Positions 39,520-48,122 of a DNA stretch of 64,000 nucleotides are shown here, piece by piece. The notes below the pieces were generated by a model. It was not told the origin of the DNA. It made no database searches and saw only the letters and a program-made list of their open reading frames with translations. The translations under genes and the position numbers were made by a program. This stretch comes from Candidatus Multivoradales bacterium (GTDB lineage Bacteria; Acidobacteriota; Thermoanaerobaculia; Multivoradales; Multivoraceae). The stretch's first letter is position 1. Each line of letters opens with the position of its first letter. The stretch spans positions 2,944,001 to 3,008,000 of the forward strand of contig CBDCWI010000002.1 in the NCBI GenBank assembly GCA_965223325.1, in the 5' to 3' direction.

Positions 39520-40284
39520 ATGCACACGACAGATCCACGTTCACGTTTCTCGCTTCTCGTGATCACGCTACTTTTGGCCCTCGGAAGTGGTGTCTCGCAA
39601 CCGGTTACTGCCGACCAGCTGCCACTCAGAGACGGCCGTCTGATCGAAACCCGCGGACCCTGGAAGGTCGAGAGCAATCGCATCCTCTACCGCGACCTGG
39701 ACGGCAACCTGCGTTCGATCCGCCTGTCGGAGGTCGACCTCGCACGGCCATCAAGGCCCAGCCCGAGCAGGAGGCGCACCCCCGACGCGACAAACCAGCC
39801 GGCGTTTCGCATTACCGACGAGAGTCTGGCGCGCACCCGCGCTTCACAGACCAGAGCGACCGCCACTCCTGCTCGAAGCCAGGCAGATACAGCGCAACCC
39901 CACTCGGATCAGAACGCCCAGGCTCCGTCGCACGACCCCACCACCTTCCTGATCTACGACGAGATGGCTCTCTTGATTGACGAGAGATACCGCGCTGCGA
40001 TCGCCGGCGCCATCTCGGAGCTCGCGCATGCCAACGACCAGGGCTATGAGCGTGCACAGTCGCTGCTCGACAGTCTTGGGGAGCGCATCGAACGTGAGTA
40101 CGCCGCCACTCGAGATGTCTGGCGCGCCCAGGCGCTGTGGCTACTTCGGAACACCGTGGGTGCCCAGGGCCCGCGAGCCAGAACCAGCCCGGCGCAGCTG
40201 CAGCGCGAACTCGGCAGCCTGATCGCCACTTCAGAACTGCGCGCCACCGGCGCCCGCCGTCGACAGGAGCAACTCGGTCGCTAG
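39520..40284 (+). CDS. Hypothetical secreted protein
   Basis: N-terminal signal peptide, small beta-rich domain, low-complexity linker, helical C-terminus. Confidence 0.6.
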   Translation: MHTTDPRSRFSLLVITLLLALGSGVSQPVTADQLPLRDGRLIETRGPWKVESNRILYRDLDGNLRSIRLSEVDLARPSRPSPSRRRTPDATNQPAFRITDESLARTRASQTRATATPARSQADTAQPHSDQNAQAPSHDPTTFLIYDEMALLIDERYRAAIAGAISELAHANDQGYERAQSLLDSLGERIEREYAATRDVWRAQALWLLRNTVGAQGPRARTSPAQLQRELGSLIATSELRATGARRRQEQLGR

Positions 40285-40290
40285 TACCCC
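40281..40290. repeat. Solo remnant of the element terminal repeat (CTAGTACCCC)
   Basis: 10/10 identity to the element end, with its CTAG on the TAG stop of the 39520-40284 gene. Confidence 0.55.
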
Positions 40291-40328
40291 AGAATGCGAG
40301 CCACTCGAGAGGGCCGTAGACTGCCGCA

Positions 40329-43300
40329 ATGTCCGAGTCAGAAAGCCTCAGGGACCGTCTCCAGGCCTTGGGCCCGGGGAGCGAGCCAGCGGTGTTGGAT
40401 GCGCTCGTCGGATACCTCGAGCCGCTGCTTCCACGAATCGCCGACCCGGCGCGTGCACGCCGCGCCTTCGAACGCTTGCTGGCCGCGCATCCCGAGCCAG
40501 AGTCGCTGCTTGGCGACCTCGCTCTAGCGCCGCGAGCACTCGAAGCGCTTCTGGTTCTCTTCGCCGGCAGCAGTCACCTCACCGAAATCGTCCTCCGCGA
40601 CCCGCTGGCGCTCGACCGAGTGCTCGATGTCGAAGGCCTGGGAGCGCACCAGGACGCCAATGCGCTAGCCGAACGCCTCAGAGCCGCCACCACCGGCGAC
40701 GACTGGCAGGACCACCTCAAGCTGGCGCACGAGCGTGAGGTGCTGGCGATCGCAACTGCAGACCTGCTGGGATTGATCGGTCTCGAACGGGTCACCGGGC
40801 GGCTTTCCGTGCTCGCCGAGGCCGTCACCCGGATCGTTCTCGAGCGCGTCGCAGCGAGCGTGCCGACGCCCTCACCGGACGAAGGCGACGCAACTGCTGG
40901 TTTCGTCGTCTTGGCTTTCGGCAAACTCGGCGGCGGCGAGCTCAACTACAGCTCCGACATCGACCTCCTCTTTGTGAGCCGCGACCAGGCACCTGCCTGG
41001 TGGCCGGTCGCTCAACGCCTGATCACTGGCCTGTCGCGAGGAAGCCGCGGCTTTCTCTACCGCGTCGACATGCGCCTCCGGCCCTGGGGTCGCGAGGGGC
41101 CACTGGTCGTTTCCCTCGACTCCTACCGGGACTACCTCACCAAGCACGCAGAGCTCTCCGAGCTACAGGCACTGCTCAAGGCCCGACCCATCGCCGGCGA
41201 TCTGGAGCTCGGGGCAGATGTTCTGACCATGGTCGACCCGCTCTTGCGCCAGCTCGATCCGGTCGAGGTGCGAACCGAAGTGGCCAACCTCAAGACGCGA
41301 ATCGAGGAACACCTTCGCGATCGAGGAGAAGCCTGGGGTCACCTCAAGGAAGGCCGTGGTTCGATTCGTGACGTCGAGTTCGCTACCCAGGCGCTGCAGC
41401 TGCAGTACGCATCGCGCGACCAGACACCGCTCGAAGGCAACACCCTCCGCGCTCTCGAGCAGCTGGCCGAACGCCAGATCCTGAGCCACGGCCAACACCG
41501 CACCCTGCGTGAGGGCCTCCTTTTTCTGCGTACCGTCGAGCACTACATCCAGATCCTTCACAACCTGCAGGCCCATCGACTTCCCGAAAGTGGCCATGCA
41601 CTCACCCTCCTGGCGCGGCGGCTCGGTTTCTCGGACGAAACGGGAGCGAACGCTGGCGAGCGCCTGCTCGACCAGTGGCAGGGGCACGCTCTGGCGGTAC
41701 GTACCGTCTACGCCGAGCTCCTGCGCCTCGATGACGATGGGCCTGATGCGGAACCCGAGCTCGAGTTTCCGCGCGCGCTGGCCGAGATGCCCACCAACTA
41801 TCGCGAAACATTCGCCGCCAGCGACATCAAGCTGCACGACGAGCTCCTCCAGGCGATTTCGAAAGACACTCCCGCTGTCTTGTCTGTCGAGGCGCTCGGC
41901 CGGCACAACGGCCGCCCGTCCTATCGCCTGACGATCGCCGGCATCGACTTCTACGGCGAGCTGTCGCTCTTGTGCGGGCTGCTGTTCTCGCACGGCGCGA
42001 ACATCAAAAGCGGACGCATCTTCACCGCCAGCACGGCACCCGCGAGCGACCGACCGGAACCGGCACGACGCAGTGGTTCGCGGCGACGCAGCAGCGGACC
42101 GACTCTCGAGGACGAGATTGCCAGTCGCCCGCGAATCGTCGACGTCTTCGAGGTCACCTCGGCCGCGGCTGATCCCGACCAACGCTGGAAGAACTTCGAG
42201 CGCGACTTGACGGAACTGGTGCGGCTGCGCTTCCGAGAAGGCGATGAGGCGGCCCGGCGTGCGATTGCCAACCGTGTCGCACTCGCTCTGCCTCGCGAGC
42301 GAGCTGAAGAACCGCTCGGTCCGATCGAGATCGAGGTCTCGAACCCCCCGGGCCAGTCGATGACCCGGGTCGAGATTCGCGCTCGCGACACGGTGGGATT
42401 TCTCTATGAACTGACCAGCGCGTTGACCCACCTGGGCGCACGGGTCGAGCACATGGTGGTGGCCTCCGACGGCGACCGAGTGCACGACCAGCTGTTCATC
42501 ACCGAGCGCACCGGCGGAGCCTTTCCCGAGAGTGAGCACGCTCGTCTACGCATCGCCACGGTGCTGGCCAAGCACTTCACCCACCTCCTGCCGGCTTCCC
42601 CCGAACCGGCGGCGGCGCTCACCCACTTCCGCGAAATGCTCGGAGACCTCTTCGCCCGCCCCGACTGGGAAAGGGAGCTCTCGAGCCTCGAACGGCCCGA
42701 GGTGATGCGTCGCCTGGCCCGCCTCCTCGGTATCAGCGACTTTCTCTGGCAGGACTTTCTCCGCCTGCAGCACGAATCGCTGTTCCCAATGGTGCGCGAC
42801 CTCGAAGCGCTCGAACATCGCAAAGAGCAGAGCGAGATCGAAAGCGAACTCGACGAAGCACTCGAGGAGGCCGACCCATCGGAAGTTCAAGTAGCCCTCA
42901 ACAGGTTCAAGGACCAGGAGATGTTTCGCATCGACCTGCGTCAGATCCTCGGCCTCTACGCGACCTTCGGCGAGTTCTCTGAAGACCTCTCGGTGCTCGC
43001 CGACGCGGTGCTGACCCGCGCTGTGGCTCTTGCGACTCATCGTGTTCCCTGGCCGGATGGCGCCGGCACCGAGCCTCGGAGTGCCCTGTTTGCTCTCGGC
43101 AAGGCAGGCGGACGGGAAATGGGCTTCGCCTCGGATATCGAGATTCTGTTCATGGTCGACGACTGCGACCCCTGGGCGACCGACGTCTTCCAGCGCCGCG
43201 TGCAGGCCCTCCTCGGGCTGATCAGTCACAAGTCGGACGGCATCTTCGAACTTGATCTGCGCCTGCGGCCACATGGCGAGAAAGGTCCATTAGCGGTCAC

Positions 43301-43913
43301 CCTGCGAGCCTTCGAGCGTTACTACAGCCCAGGTGGTGACGCCTGGCCCTACGAACGCCAGGGGCTCTTGAAACTGCGCCCGGTGACTGGTGACGCCGAG
43401 TTCACTCAACAGGTGATGGCGTTGCGCGACAAGATGATCTTCGATGGCTCCGCCCTCGACCTCGACGGCGCCCAGGCGATGCGCGAACGCCAGCTGCTCC
43501 AGCTGGTGACGCCCGGCTCGGTGAACGCCAAGTTCTCTCCGGGCGCCCTGGTCGACGTTGAGTATCTGATCCAGATGCTGCAGCTGCGTTGGGGCACCGA
43601 GGACGAGCTCCTGCGTACACCGAACTCCTTGGCGGTCCTCGAGAGGCTCGAGGCGGCCAAGTATCTCGAACGGGACCTCGCTCGGGATCTGCGCGCGGCC
43701 TACGTCTTCTTGCGGCGGTTGATCGATGCGCTTCGCATCGTGCGCGGCAACGCCGCCGACCTCGCGCTGCCGGCACCGGGTAGCGACGAGATGCGTTTCC
43801 TCGAACGCCGTCTCGACGCCGCCGGCAACCTCGAACAGAGCATCGACCACCATCTCGGCCGAGTGGTCAGAGCGAAACAGCAGATCCTCGAAGCGCTGCG
43901 CGCCGAGAGCTGA
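40329..43913 (+). CDS. glnE: GlnE-family glutamine synthetase adenylyltransferase with two internal ACT domains
   Basis: Two nucleotidyltransferase units (GKLGGGELNYSSDID...VDMRLRP.G; GKAGGREMGFASDIE...LDLRLRP.G) separated by GlnD-like ACT segments. Confidence 0.85.
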   Translation: MSESESLRDRLQALGPGSEPAVLDALVGYLEPLLPRIADPARARRAFERLLAAHPEPESLLGDLALAPRALEALLVLFAGSSHLTEIVLRDPLALDRVLDVEGLGAHQDANALAERLRAATTGDDWQDHLKLAHEREVLAIATADLLGLIGLERVTGRLSVLAEAVTRIVLERVAASVPTPSPDEGDATAGFVVLAFGKLGGGELNYSSDIDLLFVSRDQAPAWWPVAQRLITGLSRGSRGFLYRVDMRLRPWGREGPLVVSLDSYRDYLTKHAELSELQALLKARPIAGDLELGADVLTMVDPLLRQLDPVEVRTEVANLKTRIEEHLRDRGEAWGHLKEGRGSIRDVEFATQALQLQYASRDQTPLEGNTLRALEQLAERQILSHGQHRTLREGLLFLRTVEHYIQILHNLQAHRLPESGHALTLLARRLGFSDETGANAGERLLDQWQGHALAVRTVYAELLRLDDDGPDAEPELEFPRALAEMPTNYRETFAASDIKLHDELLQAISKDTPAVLSVEALGRHNGRPSYRLTIAGIDFYGELSLLCGLLFSHGANIKSGRIFTASTAPASDRPEPARRSGSRRRSSGPTLEDEIASRPRIVDVFEVTSAAADPDQRWKNFERDLTELVRLRFREGDEAARRAIANRVALALPRERAEEPLGPIEIEVSNPPGQSMTRVEIRARDTVGFLYELTSALTHLGARVEHMVVASDGDRVHDQLFITERTGGAFPESEHARLRIATVLAKHFTHLLPASPEPAAALTHFREMLGDLFARPDWERELSSLERPEVMRRLARLLGISDFLWQDFLRLQHESLFPMVRDLEALEHRKEQSEIESELDEALEEADPSEVQVALNRFKDQEMFRIDLRQILGLYATFGEFSEDLSVLADAVLTRAVALATHRVPWPDGAGTEPRSALFALGKAGGREMGFASDIEILFMVDDCDPWATDVFQRRVQALLGLISHKSDGIFELDLRLRPHGEKGPLAVTLRAFERYYSPGGDAWPYERQGLLKLRPVTGDAEFTQQVMALRDKMIFDGSALDLDGAQAMRERQLLQLVTPGSVNAKFSPGALVDVEYLIQMLQLRWGTEDELLRTPNSLAVLERLEAAKYLERDLARDLRAAYVFLRRLIDALRIVRGNAADLALPAPGSDEMRFLERRLDAAGNLEQSIDHHLGRVVRAKQQILEALRAES

Positions 43914-43936
43914 ACCCGCAGAGGCCCAGCTACCGC

Positions 43937-45718
43937 CTATGGCCCGTCCGGGGCCGCCGCTCCGCCGTTGCGTCGCGGATCGGCAACACCTTGCCAGGAT
44001 TCACCGTCGGGCGAACGCCCGATGGCTGAAACGTTGCCGCTGACACCGTCACGCATTTCGACCTCGTACCCCATCCCCTCCAGCGTCTCTACAACCTCGG
44101 GTTCGAAGCCGTTCTTCTCATAGAAGATGCGATCTGGAAGAGCCTGGTGGTGGAGACGGGGTGCCGCCACTGCCTCTCCCAGGCTCATACCGTGGTCGAG
44201 AACGTTGGAGATCACCTGGAAGACCGTCGTGATGATCGTCGGGCCACCGGGCGAACCAACCACCATGGTGAGGTCTCCGGCCGGATCGAGCACGATGCTC
44301 GGAGTCATCGAGGACAGCATACGCTTGTGGGGAGCGATGGTGTTGGCCTCGCCCTCGACCAACCCGTAGAGGTTTGGTCGCCCAGGGGCCGCTGCGAAGT
44401 CGTCCATCTCGTTGTTGAGCAGAAAGCCCGCCCCTGCAACGGTCACGAAGCTACCGAACGACCCGTTGATGGTGGTGGTGATGGAGGTCGCATTCCCCGC
44501 CTCGTCAACGATCGAGTAATGCGTCGTCTCGCTGCTCTCGCTGGACTGAGCTGGCAACCCGAGATCGAAGTTCGCGGTGGGCGTCGCTTGACCCTCGATG
44601 ATTCCGAGGCGCAGCTCTTGTGCGTACGCGTCAGAGACCAGCCGCTCGATGGGCATGTCGAGAAAGTCGGGGTCCGCCAGATAGCGGTTGCGATCGATGA
44701 ACGCGCGCCGCATGGTTTCGGCCTCGATCTGGATCAGCGCCGAAGACCCGAACGGCGGCAGAGCGTCCCACGCCTCGAGTACGTTGAACAGGATCGCCAA
44801 CGTAACGCCTCCCGAGGAGGGCGGCGGCATGGTGTAGATGGTGTAGCCGCGGTAGCCGAGTGTCACTGGCTCGCGCCACTTGGCCTCGTAGGCCTCGAGA
44901 TCACCGAGAGTGATCAAGCCTTCGCCACGCTCCATCTCTGCAACGATCAGACGGGCCGTTTCTCCGCCATAGAAACCGTCGTGGCCCGAATCCCTGATCC
45001 GTTCGAGTGTCTTCGCCAGGTCAGGTTGGCTGAACTCTGCACCAGCGGCGAGAGGGCTGCCATCGGGAAGGAACTTCTCGGCCGAGGCAGGAAAGGCTTT
45101 CAGCATCGACGTCGCGCGTTCGATCTCACCGGCGCGCGTCGGATCGAGGGTGTGGCCTCTGGCGAGTTCGATAGCCGGCTCAACCAACTCGTTCCAGGGA
45201 AGCGACCCGAGTTCTCGGTGCATCTCCCACAGTCCGGCCACCGAACCCGGAACCCCCGATGCACGATGGCCCACGATGCTTTCGCGCGTTGGCTCACCAT
45301 CTTCGTCGAGATACATGTCGCGCGAGGCGGCGCTCGGCGCCTTCTCGCGAAAGTCGAGCGATCGCACGTCACCTTCCGCCGAACGATAGACGAGGAAACC
45401 TCCCCCACCGATGTTTCCGGCACGTGGCAGAACGACGGCGAGCGCAAGGCCCGTCGCGACGGCGGAATCAATAGCATTGCCCCCCCGCGCAAGAACCTCA
45501 GCACCTACCTGCGACGCCAGCGGGTGGCCACTGGTCACCATGCCGCGTGCCGACTCGACGACCTCGACGTCTCCGCCGACTTCGAACTCGGTTGTGCGCA
45601 GCGAAACCGGCTCGAGAGAAATATCAGGCTCATCCGCACGCTGGCGGCAAGCGAAGAGGGACAGCGCGATGACCCCGAGAATCAGACTGGTCCGGAGTCT
45701 GGAGATGAAGGTGCTCAT
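43937..45718 (-). CDS. ggt: Gamma-glutamyltransferase, predicted lipoprotein
   Basis: GGNAID, GGGGF, DFRE.AP, catalytic ETTHYS, LNNEMDDF, SSMTP, GSPGG, DPRR; lipobox LFAC. Confidence 0.95.
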   Translation of the reverse strand: MSTFISRLRTSLILGVIALSLFACRQRADEPDISLEPVSLRTTEFEVGGDVEVVESARGMVTSGHPLASQVGAEVLARGGNAIDSAVATGLALAVVLPRAGNIGGGGFLVYRSAEGDVRSLDFREKAPSAASRDMYLDEDGEPTRESIVGHRASGVPGSVAGLWEMHRELGSLPWNELVEPAIELARGHTLDPTRAGEIERATSMLKAFPASAEKFLPDGSPLAAGAEFSQPDLAKTLERIRDSGHDGFYGGETARLIVAEMERGEGLITLGDLEAYEAKWREPVTLGYRGYTIYTMPPPSSGGVTLAILFNVLEAWDALPPFGSSALIQIEAETMRRAFIDRNRYLADPDFLDMPIERLVSDAYAQELRLGIIEGQATPTANFDLGLPAQSSESSETTHYSIVDEAGNATSITTTINGSFGSFVTVAGAGFLLNNEMDDFAAAPGRPNLYGLVEGEANTIAPHKRMLSSMTPSIVLDPAGDLTMVVGSPGGPTIITTVFQVISNVLDHGMSLGEAVAAPRLHHQALPDRIFYEKNGFEPEVVETLEGMGYEVEMRDGVSGNVSAIGRSPDGESWQGVADPRRNGGAAAPDGP

Positions 45719-45824
45719 GGCGCTCGATCCTACCGGTCGTTGGATTCGGCGCGCTGGTAAGCTCACGCCCCGTTCCCCCCAAGACAGCATTTGCCAACAC
45801 GCCAGACCTTTGGAGGGCCTGCCG

Positions 45825-46928
45825 ATGACGCTTCCCGACCTCACCCTCGGAATCGAGGAGGAGTACCAGATCGTCGACCCGAACACCTGGGAGCTTTCGT
45901 CGCGGATCCAGGAACTGCTCGAACAGGGTGAACCGATCCTGGAGGACCAGATCAAGGCCGAAATGATGCAGTCTCAGGTCGAGATCGGGACGAAGGTCTG
46001 CCGCGACATGGGAGAGGCGCGTGACGAGCTCGTGCGCCTCCGGCGCACGGTCGGCGAAATGGTGGAAGACAACGGCGCCCGACTGGTCGCGGCAAGTACC
46101 CATCCGTTCTCGCAATGGAAGCAACAGGACATAACCGCTGCCGACCGCTACCTGCGCCTCGAGACCGACATGGGTGAGGTGGCACGCCGGCTTCTCATCT
46201 TCGGCATGCACGTGCACGTTGGCATTCCAGACCGCGAACTCCTGATCGACGTCATGAGCCAGTCGCTTTACTTTCTGCCGCACGTCCTGGCGCTGTCGAC
46301 GAGCTCACCTTTCTGGCACGGCCGCGACACTGGGCTCAAGTCCTACCGTGCCGTGGTGCTCGAGAACCTGCCGCGGTCAGGCATGCCGCCGCACTTCACC
46401 TCCTACGCCGAGTTCGAGCGCTTCGTCGACGTGCTGATTCGTACGAAGAGCATCGATGACCCAACGAAGATCTGGTGGGACGTGCGACCTCATCCGAAGT
46501 TTCCCACCATCGAGTTCCGCATCTGCGACATCTGCACACGCATCGAAGAGACCTTGTGCGTAACAGCCCTCATCCAGGCGATTGTCGCCAAGCTGATCAA
46601 ACTGCGCCACAACAACCAGGCCTGGCGGCGCTATCCCAAGCACATGATCGAGGAGAACAAGTGGCGTGCCGTCCGCTACGGAATCGAAGGGCAACTGATC
46701 GATTTCGGCAAGCGGCAGGAAGTCCCCATGCGCTTCCTGGCGATAGAGCTCCTGGAGTTCGTCGACGACGTCGTCGACGATCTGGGAAGTCGCAAAGAAG
46801 TCGAGTACGCACACCACATTCTCGAGCACGGAACGTCTGCCGATCGCCAGCGCAAGGTCTTCGCTGAAACGGAATCACTCGAGGCAGTGGTCGAGCACCT
46901 GGCGAAAGAAACCCGCGAAGGCTGCTAA
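45825..46928 (+). CDS. Carboxylate-amine ligase (GCS2/YbdK family, glutamate--cysteine ligase 2)
   Basis: TLGIEEEYQ, QVEIGT, THP, FGMHVHVG, SSPFW.G, WWDVRP, TIEFRICD, ENKWRA.RYG. Confidence 0.92.
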   Translation: MTLPDLTLGIEEEYQIVDPNTWELSSRIQELLEQGEPILEDQIKAEMMQSQVEIGTKVCRDMGEARDELVRLRRTVGEMVEDNGARLVAASTHPFSQWKQQDITAADRYLRLETDMGEVARRLLIFGMHVHVGIPDRELLIDVMSQSLYFLPHVLALSTSSPFWHGRDTGLKSYRAVVLENLPRSGMPPHFTSYAEFERFVDVLIRTKSIDDPTKIWWDVRPHPKFPTIEFRICDICTRIEETLCVTALIQAIVAKLIKLRHNNQAWRRYPKHMIEENKWRAVRYGIEGQLIDFGKRQEVPMRFLAIELLEFVDDVVDDLGSRKEVEYAHHILEHGTSADRQRKVFAETESLEAVVEHLAKETREGC

Positions 46929-46935
46929 ACCACTC

Positions 46936-48087
46936 CTACGACAACCTACGGAAACCCAACCCGAAGATCAGGATCAACACAAAGCCCACGGAGAGCCACC
47001 AGCGACCCTTGGACCACAGCCAGATGATCTCGGGCTCGGTGAGAACGGCACTTCGATAGCCGTGCGCTGCTTTGTCGTGCCCGGCCGGCAGTCCCCGCTC
47101 GATCTCCTCGATCAAGATCGGATCCAATCGATGATTGTCCTTGCGCCGACCGGCTGAGTCGAGAAACGCCGAATAGTAGCGCTCGGTCAGGCGGTGTTCA
47201 TGCCAGGCCGTCACCCAATCCTGGTCGCTGCGTGCCTGGTTGCGTTTCGTGACGTGGTAGCTCGCCTCGGTGCGCAACCGATCTTCCAGTTCGAGCGGAT
47301 GCGGAAGACGTGGCTTCCTGTCCTTCCAGCGCTCGCGCCGCTCGACACTGAGTCGTTCGAGGGTCTCCTTGTCATAGTAGCTGCGCATCGTCCCCAGTTC
47401 CGGGTCCTCGATCTCGTATCCAAGATGGGCACGGTGAACGAACGCCCCAACCGCCAGAACGAGGAGCATGGCGAGGCACGCCGCCAGCCGACGACCCGCC
47501 GAGCGAAGACCTGCACCCCAAGCAGCCCAACCGAAAACCGCGAACCCCAGCAGCACACCGGCCAGCACCGCAGCGACGTTGATGCGAATGTCGTAGATCT
47601 CACCTACCCGCGTCGCCGCAAGAGCCTGCACGCCCTCGTCGAGGACCCCGACCAGGGTGCCTCCGAGGAACGCCGCGAGCGCTTCGTAGATCCCCGCGAC
47701 CGCTGGTGAGCGTCTGAACCCGCGGTAGCAGAGCAAGCCGATCAACGAGTAGAGCGCCAGGTGGAGCCGCTCGACCGCGAGCGTGACGAGGGGCCGGCCA
47801 GTTTCAAAGCCAAAGGCCAGCAGCAAGACGAGCGCGACCACCAGGAAAACCACGCGCATCGACCTCTCGCTCCGGGGCGCTTTCAAGAGCTGGCGCACGA
47901 CCCAGGCGAGCATCGACAGCGCAACGAGAGCGAGCACTGCGGCCACAACGACCAGAAAGGTGCCATCGGAGAACCGCTGGCGGAACAACACCTGGGCCGT
48001 TCCCCAGAACGGGGCGAGCGCCAGGAGGCATAGAGCCAGAGCCAGTGGTGCGATGAAGGGCCGCATCAGAGCCCTCCATCCTGACAC
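46936..48087 (-). CDS. VanZ-like membrane protein with periplasmic domain
   Basis: ERLH..LY, GVLDE..Q...R.....DI..N VanZ pattern; several TM helices. Confidence 0.7.
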   Translation of the reverse strand: MSGWRALMRPFIAPLALALCLLALAPFWGTAQVLFRQRFSDGTFLVVVAAVLALVALSMLAWVVRQLLKAPRSERSMRVVFLVVALVLLLAFGFETGRPLVTLAVERLHLALYSLIGLLCYRGFRRSPAVAGIYEALAAFLGGTLVGVLDEGVQALAATRVGEIYDIRINVAAVLAGVLLGFAVFGWAAWGAGLRSAGRRLAACLAMLLVLAVGAFVHRAHLGYEIEDPELGTMRSYYDKETLERLSVERRERWKDRKPRLPHPLELEDRLRTEASYHVTKRNQARSDQDWVTAWHEHRLTERYYSAFLDSAGRRKDNHRLDPILIEEIERGLPAGHDKAAHGYRSAVLTEPEIIWLWSKGRWWLSVGFVLILIFGLGFRRLS

Positions 48088-48122
48088 GACGTAAGCCCTA
48101 CGCCGGTTACCTGGTCACCTCA

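Noticed and set aside
41163-42539. 458-aa minus-strand ORF
   Set aside because: Antisense shadow of glnE.
44147-45760. 537-aa plus-strand ORF
   Set aside because: Antisense shadow of ggt with no recognisable motifs.
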